Shown piece by piece: positions 1-14,313 of a stretch of 64,000 nucleotides of DNA. Below the pieces are notes generated by a model. It was not told the origin of the DNA. It was given only the letters and a program-made list of their open reading frames with translations, and ran no database searches. A program made the translations under genes and the position numbers. Source of the DNA: Octopus vulgaris (taxonomy: Eukaryota); assembly GCA_951406725.2 (NCBI GenBank), contig OX597814.1:161262001-161326000 (forward strand). Direction: 5' to 3'. The stretch's first letter is position 1. Each line of letters begins with the position of its first letter.

Positions 1-384
1 AATCAGTTAGTGTCTTGACTTTAAAAGTAGTGAATATTAATAATAGTTACTGAATAAATTGCATAGTTATTATTAGTTGTATCTTTCTAATCATTTTACT
101 TCTTCCAGTCTATTGGACTACAGCCATGCTGAGATAGTAATTTAGAGACCTTATAGTATTTTTTTTTGACATTCTTCATCAGAACTTTCCAAGCACATCA
201 CTTAGGAAATTATCAGATTCATATATGCTGCTATTTTGATTGTACACTAGTTATAAATAATTGATAATACATAATTGTGTTTTATAAATTTTAATAAATT
301 GAGCAAAATCAAAATATGCTTAACATTTTAATGAGATGCTTGTATGTAATTACCACAATTCCTGAATAATTGTTGGAATATTCA

Positions 385-890
385 TCCGCTGGATGTGTAA
401 TTTCAGTGTGCATACATGACAGAGCGTAAGTGCCCTGAGAGAAAAGTTAGACTTAAGAAGCGTCAGATGTGGTGTGCAAGAGAGACGACTGTGTTGGTAT
501 GGTCATGTGTTGCGAATGGATGAAGATAGCTGTGTGAAAAAGTGTCACACCCTAGAAGTTGAGGGAACATGTGGAAGAGGTAGACTCAGGAAGACCTGGG
601 ATGAGGTAGTGAAGAACAACCTTTGAACATTGGGCCTCGCCGAGGCAATGACAAGTGACTGAGACCTTTGGAGATATGCTTGAGAAGACCTGGCAAGCCA
701 AGTGAGACTGTAACTGTGGCCTATGCCAGTGCAGCATAACCAGCCCATGTAAGAGTACCCTTCAATCATTGGGCAGTAAATTGCAAAGACCTGTTGAGGC
801 AAGTGAAATTTTTGTCATGGCTGATGACAGTACTGCCTGATTGGCATCTGTGCCAGTGGCATATTAAGAGTGCCATTCAAGTGTGATCGC
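385..890 (+). mobile_element. RTE-clade LINE, 3' fragment
   Basis: Manual translation gives RLCWYGHVLRMD (486-521) then GRGRLRKTWDEVV, the typical RTE ORF C-terminus, with in-frame stops. It is followed by tail sequence similar to 43975-44410. Confidence 0.8.
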
Positions 891-3662
891 TGAAATGTCA
901 ATCCAGAAACTAGCTACTTCACTCACATATATATCAATTATATACACCAGTTATCTTTTATTTCAGTGTTTCTTCTTTCATTAGTATAAAGTTAGTTGTT
1001 GTTGATGGAATATCTAGATTTCTGATCTAATTGTATTCTTTCATTTTGGTATTAGGGAAGTAATTATTTGCCCACTTCTCAAGCATTGCTAAATTATTAA
1101 AAATTAAAGGACTAATATCTCATTTTAAGTTGCATTCATAGGTTTTGGAAAACATTTGAAGAATTTTCTATTTCAATTTTCTTACCTATTTTTTCTCTCA
1201 TTGTGCAAATCTTATCTTTTCTTCCCCCCCCCCTGCATTTTAGTATTTATTTTATTTAAATGTTAGGAAGATATATGTTAGAAATGAGTGTGAAAAATAT
1301 ATTAATTTTGTGCACCAAAACTCATTTTGAAGTAAATCACAAAATTCAATTTGACAATTCTCTTGTAAAAGTATAAACACCATTCTCTTATATCATATAC
1401 ACAACAAAGCACTTGACCTCTTGAGAGCCAATGAACTTCATTGCACAAAATCAGTTTTATAACCTTGCTTCCATCTTTTCCTAAATATGCGAATGAACTT
1501 GTTTCAAGAGATCTACTTTTAACATAATTAGGCTTTTTAATAACTTGTTCCATAACTAATTTTGATTTATTTATAATTGTTTTGGGCAACTTATATGTCA
1601 TGATGTGAAAAGCAATTAATGGTTAGAATATTTACAACTTCTGTTTTTGACAATGCTGTAAAGCCATTTGATAAACCACTGATTGAAAGTGCATCGTCTG
1701 TACATAATTTTATACAATTAGTTCATTGCAAAATGTTTTTCTTCAAAAAGCTAAAATTTTAAATACATGTTCACTTCTGCTTTTTAAGAGAAATTTTTGA
1801 ATGAAACATATAAAGCAATTTTTGTGCTGACTTACATCTGTTGACTCATCTATGTGTAATGCAAACATTCTATTATCGTTTGTTAAAATATTTTTCTTAT
1901 GCATTTTAATATCTTTAGACATATCTCAAATCTGTCTTTCAATCTTATTGTGTGTTAAAAGAATTCTTTTATTTTTTTTTATTTTGAATTCAAATTTGGA
2001 TCCAAGTATTGTTAAAAACTGTTGCACAACAAGGTGGTTTCTGAAACTGTATATGGGTCCTTGTTTTAGGCTATTAGCTAAGCAACCAAGTAACCTGATT
2101 TAAAAAATTTTCTTAATAAATAATATGGATTATTTCATAGATTTTGAAAAGCTCTTTGAAGTATTCTCAGAGCTTTCCTGACAGACAATTATATTTGGGG
2201 ATAAAATGGGTATTCATTATATTTAGTACCATTTGCAACTACTTCACCACAAATCAAAAACACTCAAAACCTGTTTCTTGCAATCTTTGAAAAAGAAAAA
2301 AAACTTAGAAATTTTGCATGTACATTTCTTACCTACAAATGCTTTCTGTATTGGATTCTTCACAAATTTTATTTGTTGGTACTACATTCCATTAATTTTC
2401 ACAATTACTTTCAACAGCTTTTTGTTTCTTAACTAAAATTTGACACATTTTTATCCAAGAGCTTTGCAAAAATTGTAACTCAAAACTAGAAAATGAGAGA
2501 AGATTGGAATAGAATGATTTTAGTAGCTTGTTAAAAAAAAAAAAAAGACAAAAGACAAAAATTTTCCTACACACCTGCAGAAGTTTGTGTCCAAGTGGAC
2601 AGCATTCCTCCCCCTCCTCTTCCTGCTACTAATACCACCACCACCACTACCACCACCATCACAATCATCATGCTCTCTGTAGAAATCCATTAAGTTGACA
2701 GTGACCCTGCCACAAATTTGACCTCAGTTACTACTGAACAGATATTGTCTCCCCAAATATTACTTCTGGTCACACATCCATTGAACTTGTAACAGTCTTT
2801 CTGATGAACAGGGAACATATAAAAATAATAGTATTTATGAATATTTATGAATTTATGAATAGTATTTATGCAAATATCAGTGTTTAAACCCCCAAATTAA
2901 ATTCCTAAATAAATTGTCTGTAAAAATTCAACAATTCAACAAAATATTCGACTTTTGATAACAAGGCAACAAGTATTAGCGAAAACATCTAAAACTTGTA
3001 AAATTTAAATCTTATCATAATAATCTTTGTATTATTAGTAAGATGTAGAAAATTCTGATAAAATATTGTGACAAAACTGTGTGCAACAGGCGATATTTGT
3101 TTTTGGAATTTTGTTAAAGCTTATAGCTGTCCTCTTTTTTGCTACTTACATTGTTTTAACACTCCCATTCCTTTGTGTATTGACGTCTAACGACAAAGAG
3201 GTTTTGATTGAACAAAGTACCAGTCAAATTTAAATTGTGGTCTCAAAACTTTAAAATATGATATGAATAATAATGGTACTTTCAGTGAAATTATATAGTA
3301 ATATAAAATTCATAAGATTTGTCTTAATTTCATGACACACCTAAAGATTATTGGCCACACAACTTAGAAAACTCTGCTCCAAGTTTTGAGTTCATCTTTC
3401 AGCAAAAGTAGCACCAGTGTTGGTCTTAGCTTTAAATGGCTATAAACCTCTCTAAAAAACTATCCTTAAGTCTAGTTGAAGGAGATCATTATTATCTATA
3501 TGATGAATAATCCTCTTAATTTGTTTTAGATTATTTCATGCAGTTTCATTATTTGTTTTACTGTCTTTTTACACCCAACCCTAGTATTTGGAAAGCAGTT
3601 AAGTTAAATTACTGTCTTTAAAAACAGAATTTGTAAAGCAGGAATTGCTTTATTTTACTAAC

Positions 3663-3697
3663 CTGGAACTTAGCCAGTAAATCTGGCTAAGTTCCAG
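3663..3697. repeat. Perfect 15-bp inverted repeat with 5-nt loop
   Basis: CTGGAACTTAGCCAG-TAAAT-CTGGCTAAGTTCCAG read directly. Confidence 0.95.
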
Positions 3698-4299
3698 TAC
3701 CACACTACCTAGAAAAGTTTGATCTTTACTTGGAAATCCTGAATTTTCATGTATAGTAAATGATTATTCATCTGTAATAGCCCTTAAGAATAAACTTTTG
3801 TTCTCAAATAGACTCTCTCCTATTTAGCTGTTGTTCATATGCATTCTAGTCATTTGTAATAATGGAGACTAACAATAGTGGAGACTTCAGCTAGGTATAT
3901 TTTTCTTTGATAAACCTAAAAATAAATTATTGTATTGTTTGTAAATGCTTTCTTCACCTTAAGTTCTTTGTAATTTTTTTTTATAACACTAGATTTGTTT
4001 TAGTGAGTAATATTTCAGTGAATCACTGTGGTCTTTATGATGAGATTGTTCATAAATATTTTTTAAAATAAAATCCACATGGAAAAGCAGATGTAAAAAT
4101 ATGGTGATAATTTTGAAGTTGAATAGATTTGATTTATAATAATGAGTTACTGTAATAAACATGTATGTTTAGAAATTCTGGTTTTGAAGGTAATAATTAA
4201 CTCCAGGAATATCATAATGTATGTACTAATGAATAGTATGAATCAAGGAATTCATTAACATTTCAAAAATGTCTTTATATATAAACAATTCACCCACCT

Positions 4300-6628
4300 C
4301 TGACCTGTATCTGTGGACTTCAATCCAGTTTGGATCTTAACAACCATCTTTTATGGTTGATGATACACAAACTACACGTCTTATTCTTCTCTGGGACACA
4401 AATCTCTCAACCACTTTCTTTAATCCATCTCTGCTCTTCAGGTTACACTTTATGTCATAACTATTTTCATATACGTGGCATCTCTCTATATAGAATACAC
4501 TCTTCCTACCACTCACTTGAACTTCAGCATCAATGTCTATCTACTACTTACTCTAGTTGAAAGTTACTCTTTTCTGTTTATCCATGTTAATTCATATCTA
4601 CTGCTCGTCAAACTTTCTGAACAGCTAATAACTATTCAACTATCCTCATTGAGGGCATCTATCTCAATTCACCTCTCTCTGATGTCCTCATCTTTGGTGA
4701 TTTTAATACATATCATTCTTCTTAGTTTTTGCACTCTCTCCCACACTCATACTGTTAATGTAGAGGCTAGATCATTTGCCATTCTGAATAATCTCCCTTA
4801 GTTAGTATCCTCACCTGCCCATATCACAGACTGACTCACAAACATTCTTGATCATTTTCTCATCTTCAATATCAGATTTTTCTCAGCCATTACCATCTCT
4901 GTACCTGTCAAGATAACATCTCTGATATTTTCCTCTCACACAAATAAGTTAACTAGTTGGAGCTGCATTAGTTGTATGCTAATTATTCTTGACAGGAAAT
5001 GTTCTTGACATTTGACCTATCTGAAACAGCTAAGCATGCAACTGAAAACCATCCTCCTAGCATGTAACGGGAAACCATCTTCCACATTCTACACCCTCAA
5101 GTAGCAACACAACTTACTGTTCATCTACAATGGCAAGGCTGCACTACAAACAAAAAAAAAAAAAACAACAAAACACTGCCTACAACACCTGGAAAAAGTT
5201 ACCCATTATCACCAACTGGAAGTTATGTAGCCATCACTGCAAAACAATCATCAAGAAAGAATAAGATGGACTTATGTACCACATAACCTGCAAACTTTAT
5301 TGCTTCATAAATTATAGCAATGCCAGAAGGTATTGCCTTTGCAAGAGTGTCTGTACTAACTTGCAGAGTCCTCTTACTTGCCATTCTTCAACTAAGATAG
5401 CTCTCTTGCTCTTCAATTTGCTTCCAACTCCACTTTTTACACTCAGAACAAAATTCTTGCTAACTCCTCTTCACTCTACTTGTCTCAATACTTCATTACC
5501 AAGTGCAAAAAGTTTTCTGATTGCTTTATCTTAACAAACTGGATGGTTCTGACAGTATGTCTACCCATTACCATCAAAAGGTATATTCCATATCTTATTC
5601 CTATCCTCTACAAACACTTCTATTTTTGTATCTCTATAGAGGTCTGTCCTAATTTATGGAACCTTTAAGGATGAAATGTTTTCTTTTATATTATATATAA
5701 GCATCATCAAAACTACATTGCATACACTTCATCACCAGGGCCATAAAGTACTTCAGCTTTGATTAGTTACTGATGCTCTACAGAGCTCAAATATGACCCA
5801 CAATGGAGTACTGCTCGAAATATCTAGAAAGGTATTGCTACTATTTAGTCAAATGTCTAGACTGTACCATATACATCCTATATCAGTTGACATTGACCAT
5901 GCATTTGCACTTATGTGTGCAGTCACTGCAAAATAGCTTTTGTGGAAGACTTGCAGTTGCCTATGCATGCAAGTCTTTTCTCTGCACACTAATTTTTATC
6001 CAAAGAAAGGCTGCTGACTGAGGCTGATACAGCTTGGTATGAGTATCATTGCAAGTATTACTGTCAGAATGTCAAGTGGCACATCAGATATCACAAAGTG
6101 CTTTTGCCAACCCTCTAACATTTCTGCTAATTCACTGCTCTGGATTGGTGCATTTTTATAAACTTTGGAAGAATGAAAGGCACAGTTAACCTTGGTAGAA
6201 TTTGAACTCAGAGTGCAGAGAGCAAGGACAATAACTTCAAGGCATTCCATTCAATGCTTTGATGACTTGATGCTGTATTAAAAATATTCAGTTGATTAGC
6301 AAAAATTTACTTCCCCAATTCATGAAAAACTAGCTTAAGGCACTTTGATTCATCTCTCTGCTGCTGCTTTCTACATGCCCCTCCATCTAGTTCTTCATAC
6401 CTGTCTCTCCTACTCTCATTACCCCTACCATTTTTTACCTCTCAAATTCTTCTCTGAGCATTGTTTCTAATCATTTCTCCTCAGAGCTACAACAGTTTGA
6501 AATTTTATCCTTGTCACACTTTTCCTACAAACCTTTTGCTACCTGTGTTCAAAATCTCACCACTGTCAGGACATCTGTGAAGATCATGAGCACTATCTGT
6601 ATTCTAACTTGTAAAAAAAAAAAAAAAA
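4300..6628 (+). mobile_element. Degenerate, internally deleted CR1/Jockey-group LINE
   Basis: Endonuclease motif GDFN (4696-4707), post-RT motif LYRAQI*PTMEYCS (5776-5817) and a poly(A) end at ~6613-6628. The 3' motif TGTGAAGATCATGRGCA is shared with the fragment near 21450. Confidence 0.65.
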
Positions 6629-6769
6629 TTCATGTTAATAATCTTCTGCTATTTAATGGGATTTACTTATACTTCATCGAAGATGACTAGAAGCATTTTA
6701 GTTTAATATCTTGTACTCATGATTAACAAAATATATATAGTAATTATGATCTTTATAAACAAATATATT

Positions 6770-7450
6770 CTCTTTCTGTACCTAAATGCCATTCCAAATC
6801 TTCTTACTTCCTTCATATCTAGTACTAACATTTAACTCCTGGTATATTTATTATTAGATCTGTACTGCATATGATTTTTATCTATACTAATTTGTTCTTT
6901 GTTCATACCATTTTTCACAATCATTCTTTTCATTCCACTAAACCATTGTTAGAGCATTTTTTTTTGTTGCCAATGTTGTATTCTATATCTAATTCTCTAT
7001 GTTTTCCCATACATTTTAATTGATCTTTATCCTTTAACTTTCTAAAATATTGATATCCTATCCCACATCTTATTATTCCATAATATTTTCCATTTATATC
7101 ATGATTTATTTTGTTTAGAGTTCTTATATCTTTCAACCCTATCTCATTTGCTGCATTTGTCCTTGCAGTTCTTAATACATTGTTTATTTCTGTTACATTG
7201 TTAGTGATATGATTGATGACTGTTAGTTTTCTTTGTGATCTCATTAAAACATTTCTGAAAGATGCGTAGCCATCGTAATCATTGTTTTTCATAAGTTCAA
7301 CTATCATTGTCATTATCGTTTGATTATCTTAAGTAAATATATCTCTATTTTCTGATAATTCTATCTCTGATTCTCTACATCACCAACCTTGTATATTCTG
7401 CAATCTTTAACATTTGTTAGCTCCTTATTAAAACCACCCATTGCTTTATT
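6770..7450 (-). mobile_element. Possible R4/Dong-like non-LTR retrotransposon fragment
   Basis: ORF 6930-7313 (VTEINNVLRTARTNAANEIGLK...YNI) resembles from memory the pre-RT region of R4/Dong-type ORFs; heavily decayed. Confidence 0.4.
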
Positions 7451-8157
7451 TCTTCAAACTAATTCTTTCAACTATCCATTTTCCCTAACTGCCCTATCTT
7501 GATCACAAATTCGCTACTCTTGATCTCTACCTCTATTCTCTCACTGTAATTCCAACTAGAGTCACTGGGTTACTTTGATAGTAACATCATATGTTATCAA
7601 AGTGGGCGCTACTGCCTCCTCCCCTCAGTGGGCATTGAGATGGTCCAGGTGGGTGCTGGTGCCTAAGGAGGCGGTGGGGGGGGGGGCGGTAGAGAAAAAG
7701 GAAGTGTTGGGAGGAAGGCAGTGGATTGGGGGAAGCTATGAATTTATTATAATATTATTATAGTTTTGTATACAAATTATATAATATTATATTAAATATC
7801 AAATGGTTCATAGTATATATAAATCAGTGAAATATGAAATATTTATTTATACATAAAAATAGGGGTGGAAGCACTGAGGGTATTATGTGGCCATGAGGGT
7901 GTTATGTGGCCATGAAAACCTGTTCTATATCAATAACATTTGAACAGGTGTGGGTTTTGTTTGATAAGGATAACACCAACATTTATCCTTCTCCTCTTTG
8001 TCGTCGTCGTCACCACCACCACCACCACCATCATCATCATCATTTATGTCTGTTTTTCCATGTTTATATGGGATGGACAATGCTCCTCCATTTAATTTTT
8101 CCTGGACATATATAGTTTATGCATAATTTTGAACAAGTTAACTTTGGCTTCAATTCT

Positions 8158-8340
8158 CATCAACATCAACATCATTTAACATCTGCTTTTCGTGCTGGCA
8201 TGGTTTTAATGGTTTGACATGGAGCTGGCTAGTCGGGAGCTGTCCTGACTCCAGCTGTCTGTTGTGGTATTGTTTCCATGGCTGGATGCTTCTCCTAATG
8301 CCAACCACTTAACAGAGTGTTTTGGGTGCTTTTTACAAGA
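8158..8340 (-). mobile_element. RTE-tail-related short retroposon
   Basis: CATCATTTAACATC...GCTGGCATGG...GCTGGATGC..TCCTAA.GCCAACCAC consensus, recurring at 8771-8965, 36180-36390, 44270-44410 and 56480-56665. Confidence 0.7.
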
Positions 8341-8770
8341 TAATTGTCCATAAGCTGTACTGATGAGATATAAGATTATTGAAAAGACCGAGGGAAAAAG
8401 AGAAAGAAACAATATTAAATATGTAACTTAAATTAGAGTTGAACTTTCACTCTGTGCTTTAAATTAAAAGTTAATACAGATGATGGAAGAAAAAGAAAGA
8501 TTCTTTTAATAAATATAGTACAAAATACTAAACTTCAACTGTATTTAAATTTTACCTCTACACTTTACTTTGAATGGTAATTACTTCTCTCCCTCTACCA
8601 AACAAAGAGTACAAGTAAATCATTCTTCTAGATGGAAGACAGTAGGAGAGGGAAATAACTTGCTACTGGAATGATACAGTATATGTGTGTTTGTGTGTGT
8701 GTGTGTTTGTTTATATATATATAACAGACGTTAAACAATGGTGATGATGATGATGATGATTGTGTGTGTG

Positions 8771-8965
8771 TATCATCATCATCATTTAACATCCATTTTC
8801 TATGCTGGCATGGGTTGGATGGTTTGACTGGAGCTGGTAAGGCCAGGGACTGCGTCAGGCTACATTGTCTGTTCTGGCATGGCTGAATATCCTTCTTAAA
8901 GTCAACCACTGGGTGCTTTATTATGTGACACAAGCACAGGTGCTTTTTATGTAGCACTAGCACAT
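8771..8965 (-). mobile_element. RTE-tail-related short retroposon
   Basis: Same consensus as 8158-8340 with a (CAT)n tail. Confidence 0.7.
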
Positions 8966-9254
8966 GCTACTTATATATTTTGTATAATTATATCTCCTAG
9001 AGTTGTATGAGTAAATTCTGATAGCTTGCATAATGTGCTTTGCAGAGTTTGACAAAAATAATTTTCATGGTCAAAAAATATATTTTTAATTTTATATAAC
9101 TTTTACTTATAATCTTGTTAACACTTTGATCATTTTATGTTGTTTAATTTTCAAAATGTAATAATTAATGATTTGCTTGCTCTTTTTTGTTAGGTCTTTC
9201 AAGAACTAATAGTCACCCCATTAACAATTTTGCAATTATTTGAATACACTAAAT

Positions 9255-9412
9255 ATGTCCCACTACAGCTCTAAAAGAGAAGATGGTACTAAATTCCTTG
9301 AGTCCAACAGAAAAAAAATATCTCTAGGAAGCAGTGATAAGTTAACAGCAGAGTTTACTAATCAAGAAATTCCATCCCAAGAGCAGGTTTCATCTGTCTC
9401 TAGAGCTTCAAG
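9255..9412 (+). CDS. SVIL: Supervillin-like gene, first coding exon (exon 9194-9412)
   Basis: Acceptor TTTTTTGTTAG ending at 9193, in-frame upstream TAA at 9222 and ATG at 9255. The frame is open (MSHYSSKREDGTKFLESNRKK...SVSRAS) to donor AG|GTAAAA at 9413. Phase 2 matches the next exon. It is absent from the ORF track because it is short. Confidence 0.7.
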
Positions 9413-10109
9413 GTAAAATTCTTCAAATTTAATTTTGATCAAAACATTTCAATTTCATGGCTAATATGTATCAGAATGATTAAAGCCATGAGATTATAAT
9501 TATCTATACTTCATTTGAAAATAAATGAAAAAGATCAGATGTTCCCCACAATCTGCATATATAATTGAAAAGGGTTGTAATATCTGTTCAAATAATTCCA
9601 ACAATTCAAAATAAATTTACATAATTTTGTTGATTTAAAAAAGTTTACTGATTTACAATAAGTAAAAATTATTTCTGAATTCATCTTCAGATAGATTAAA
9701 TATAATTCATATCTTAGGATCTTAACTGACAGAAAGATTTGAAAACTGTTGAAAAGTGATTGATTTACATGTGGAATATATAAACATTTTATGTTAAATG
9801 GATCTGTAATTTAACAACATTGCATAGGTAGTTGAAACAGGCACCTTGTAAAAACAATACAGAATTTCTAACCCATGGCAAAATGGATGTATACCAATCA
9901 AACGAATTAGAATTATTAATTGAACAAAATACTGGTTCTATGAATCCCTTGTGCAAGCTATTTCATGAACTGGAAATTTCAGTGATCATATTTGGAAATA
10001 GCAGGATAGGTACACTAGTTATATGAAGGCTGTTGTTGTACAAAGTCTAAAAAGTAATCAAAGTTCCTGGAATTTCTTTGATGCAAATAACTCAACCATT
10101 GTAACAATG

Positions 10110-11290
10110 AGAACACCATTCAAGCAACTAATAATTTTCTACTGATGAGGTAGGTACACGAAAGCCAGAGAGACTTTGTTCTTACCTAAAAAAAAAAAGG
10201 TCAGACAAATGACTGAGAATATCAAATCTCTGCCTGGTGAGGACTGTACTCCCCAACATAGGTTAGTGATTATCAAGATGAAGATTAGAAGATAATAAAG
10301 GAAATTACCATGAAGAGAAGGAAGATATGAAAATTAAAACATCCTTTTATTAGATATAAACCCCAATTAGCACCAAATGTTTTGTTCCTGTTTAGATTAG
10401 AAGAAAGGAGAGATGGAGAGCTATAATATTAAAGACAGTAAGATGATCCTAAGGACCACACTGCAGAAAATTGATTGGTAAAATAGCTCCAGTTAAGATG
10501 ACATTGTTGAGGAATTAATATAGTAGACAGGGCTACATAAGCTAAATAATAGAGTAGGAAGGAAAGAGAGAAAGTAGGTAACAAGGAGTGATATCAGGAA
10601 GTTAGATTATCCATTCAGGAAAAAGATTGAAAGGCAGAAGTTTGTTAATGTTCTATGTCATGGAGATAGAAAGCATTATGTATTTTGATTGTGAAGCAAT
10701 TTATTTGCACAAACATAGTTTCATAGATATAGGATCTGAAATAAGTTAAATGTTCATTAATTATTAATAGTAAGGGGTTTTGTGAGCTACTTAGATGGCT
10801 TGCTAGATTTGATGTAATTAATACTTGAGGTAATTGTAGTTAGAACAAAGGAGCTAGAGTATGAAAGCGGCTTCAGGAGCTGGTACTCTCTCCATGGAAA
10901 AGGTATACCGTGTGAAGAGTGTATTAAGAATTTGATGTTGAGTTGCAGTGAAATATGGTCACTGAAAGTGGAAGAACTGCTGAAAATGGACAGAAATGAG
11001 AGGAGTATGAGCTACAAGGTATACAACATTAATTTGCATGAAATATGGAGCTAAAGTGACCTGAGAGAGCATCTGGGCAATAATGATATCAACCAACGTG
11101 TGCAAGACATTTGGTTATTATGCATACAGATCATAGATGCTAGTTAAAAAAACAAAAAGATGTGTATTCACCATAGAAGATACTAAAGAGAAAAGAAGAC
11201 AGATATGACATGGGGAAAAGTGAAGAGGTCAGATTTCATGATACCTTACAGTTGAGATGATATGTTGGGATATTGGCTTGTCTAACAAAA
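10110..11290 (+). mobile_element. Highly degraded, internally deleted RTE LINE
   Basis: KSLPGEDCTPQHRLVI (10224-10271, end of the APE endonuclease) and an SEIWSLKVEELLKMDRNE remnant near 10950. Confidence 0.65.
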
Positions 11291-12329
11291 ATGATGATAA
11301 AATGATGATGATTGTGAATATCAACTATTGTGAAATGAAAGTATTAGCTATTTTTTCAAGCAAAAGGAAGAGGCTTAAATAGTATTAACACAATAAATCT
11401 CAATCTAATGAATAGTGCTCATAAGTTTTATGCATATTGAATTTATTTATTATTTTTATCACATACTAGACAATTTTGTTAATTCTCTAAACATAAAAAA
11501 ATGTAGCAGTAATTTTTTTGAGCAGTTGAATATCAATTTGTCTTTTCTAGTTCATGGGTAGTTTAAGTATTGATGCTTTTATTACTTTTTTTAAGGATTA
11601 AGCTTTAGATTTAGAGAAAAAGGAAGTGCAAATTAGCTGTGCTTATACATTTCCCTAAGTTTTTAACACTATAAGTGATTCCTTAAATGAAAGAATGGTA
11701 AAAGTAAAATGTAGAAATTCAAAAAGCTTATACAAATTTTGTATTATTTAGATGAAAAGAATATGTTTAGTATATTTTGCAAAGATACAATTTTTACCTT
11801 TTCATGTTTCAGAATTTAAGTTTTTGTTATGGTTAATTAAAAATTGAAAGAGATCTCATTTGATTTCTGATATTATAATTCCTGATGCTTAATAAATCTA
11901 TGATGAAAATTCAATGGAAAAAATTATGGCAACTAACTTAAAATTAGTCACTCTTGTTGCAGTGTTTGTGAAAGTATCAGAAAATATTTCATTATTGGAA
12001 TCTTTATGAATATTAGATAAAAGCTAATGACTAAGGAAAATGCTCAAGGACATTCTCTGCTTGAAAACTTAAATGATACTAAATGAAGTAAGCTAGGAAG
12101 TGTTAATTAATTAAAATTACTTGTAGTGAGGGGTAAGAATCTTTAGCTTAATGGTCTTTTCTGAGATAACCCCTGAAGTTTTAATTTATTTAAATTAATT
12201 AGCGATAGAATGTGGACAATAGAGTGATTATGATCTTGGTAGAATGGTAGCAGATCTACACATACCTTCTTGACAAACTATAGCCTTTACCAATGTTACC
12301 AGATAAAGAACACATAATATATTATTATC

Positions 12330-13430
12330 ATTCTTACATCATTTTTACATCCACTTTTCCATGTTTGCATGGATCAGTGGGTCTTCTCTAGTATACAGAA
12401 TCTTGCCATTTGTTGTATTCTTTTGTCATTTTCTTTGTGTAGTTCAGCATCCTGATATCAGCTTTCACCACTTCTGCCCAAGTTTTTCTTCGTTTTTCTC
12501 TTCCACAATTTCTTTCTGTTTGGATGTGTGAACCATGTTGCTCATGCACACTGACATAGCATATTCAGTAGTGCATGTTTCATGTTCCTTTAACTTTTGC
12601 ATATCCTTCACAGTCAATGCCCATGTCTAATTTACTTTCTGTACACAAGCAAAGCTCAGCCTATGCTTCTCTTGAAGGTATAATCCCTTTGTTGTCAACA
12701 TAGGTAATAACTGCTTGAACTTTTCCACCCTGTTCTTATTCTGGTTGCTAAGCTTTCAGAGCACACTCCTTCATAGCTGATCAGGTTACCTAGATAAAAG
12801 AAGTTATCAACTTCTATGGAGCCATCTAAGCTTTGAAAAGATTTATTTTACTAGTGCTTTGATTACTCACTACTCCTACTGTGTATAAAGTCTATTTCCT
12901 TTGTTAAGATGCTTGTGATCCTAGTACACTTCTTGTGTGTCCATAATTCACACCGTGCACACAATATGGAGTTTATACCCACTTGCTTTCTGCATATCTA
13001 GCACAACCATTTTCTCGAATGTAGCAGAATCTTCTTTCTCATTTACTATAATTTTTGTCTTTTCTAAGTTTACTCTGAAAGCCTCTCAGTCCTATGTTTT
13101 GTTTCTATACTTGGAATTTATCCCCTAAATCTTCTACGGCCTTCACTATAATGGATAGATCATTAGCATACACAAGTTGCTGTAGACAGTCTGTCATATT
13201 TTGAAGAGGGCTGAGAATCAACCCTTAATGTACACCTACCTGCATGCTAAATTCCTCACTGACATATTGCTAACCTTCATTTTGGTTACGGTATCTCTGT
13301 ACATGACTTGTACTGCCCTTACAAGCCAAGCATCTACACCTAATTTCCTTAAAGACAACTCAACTTTAGATTGAGGTTCCTTGTCCAGATCAATTAATGC
13401 TAGTTACAGAAGTTTCCTCTTAGCTATATA
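12330..13430 (-). mobile_element. RTE LINE reverse-transcriptase relic
   Basis: Minus strand reads VGVH*GLILSPL (13205-13240; GVHQGSVLSPL motif) and VYAND (13159-13173; decayed YADD). Confidence 0.75.
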
Positions 13431-14313
13431 TATATATGTGTATGTGTGTGTGTTTGTGAACACATGCACACACAAGCTCATACATACACACACACACATA
13501 ATGTAAATTATATTGAGTAATATCCTAAAAGGATTTAAGGTACAGTTCTATTTGTGTTTTGAAAGTTGGCATCCATATAACTATGTTTAATTTTGTAACA
13601 GGTAATTATTAAACTGATGTGTCCTTCCTGGTGTCATGTGCTTTAACAATCACCTGTTAGATTAAGGAAAGACAAATAGGTGTCTTGACAACACTGACTT
13701 ACATCCATAGTGTCCATTGCTGTAGCAACAACAGCATCATGTTGTTAAGTCTCATCATCATTATTATCATCAGTAACAGCTGTGTCAGTAGTGGCAGTGC
13801 AGCATCACTGTTGACTTTATTAAAAAGATCTACTAACCCACATATGCAATGATTGGATTTATCTGCTTGTATCTGTTGATGAAATGTTTTATAACTATAA
13901 ACTTTTTCTAACAATTTACAACAGGGAATAGGTGAATAATTACTTTCTCTCTTAGCAAATATATTAAAGTTTCACTTCCAGGGATACACTGTAATACATC
14001 CAAAGAGTTTTATTACTGCTAAATAAACTTTGTGTTCATCACTTTCACCATTGATCCATATCTGAATATATTTTTTCACATCAATCACATAATCATTTAA
14101 ATTTGTTTCAGTACATAACTGTTGATTATTGCTTTGTATACAGGTTGTTAGTGAAGCTTATTTTTCTGCATGGTTTCTTGTGGTACTTTTTTTTTTTTTT
14201 TTTAGAAAATCTCAACAAATTCACATTTTAATCTCAATATTTTTTTGTTATTGTAAAAGAATACATCACATAAATTTTGTTTTCAGAATTATCATTTTGT
14301 TTTTCTTTTCTAG

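Noticed and set aside
1300-2570. Possible hAT transposase relic (CTTRW in ORF 1852-2103)
   Set aside because: Only a 3-residue motif; no TIRs, TSD or other catalytic motifs found.
10141-10166. CTGATGA...CGAAA hammerhead-like core
   Set aside because: Stem II is poor, no stems I or III are visible, and it lies in decayed RTE coding sequence.
14129-14313. Hydrophobic N-terminus of the 872-aa ORF resembling a signal or TM segment
   Set aside because: Non-ATG start and T-rich intron/polypyrimidine sequence upstream of the acceptor; the exon 9255-9412 supplies the likely N-terminus.
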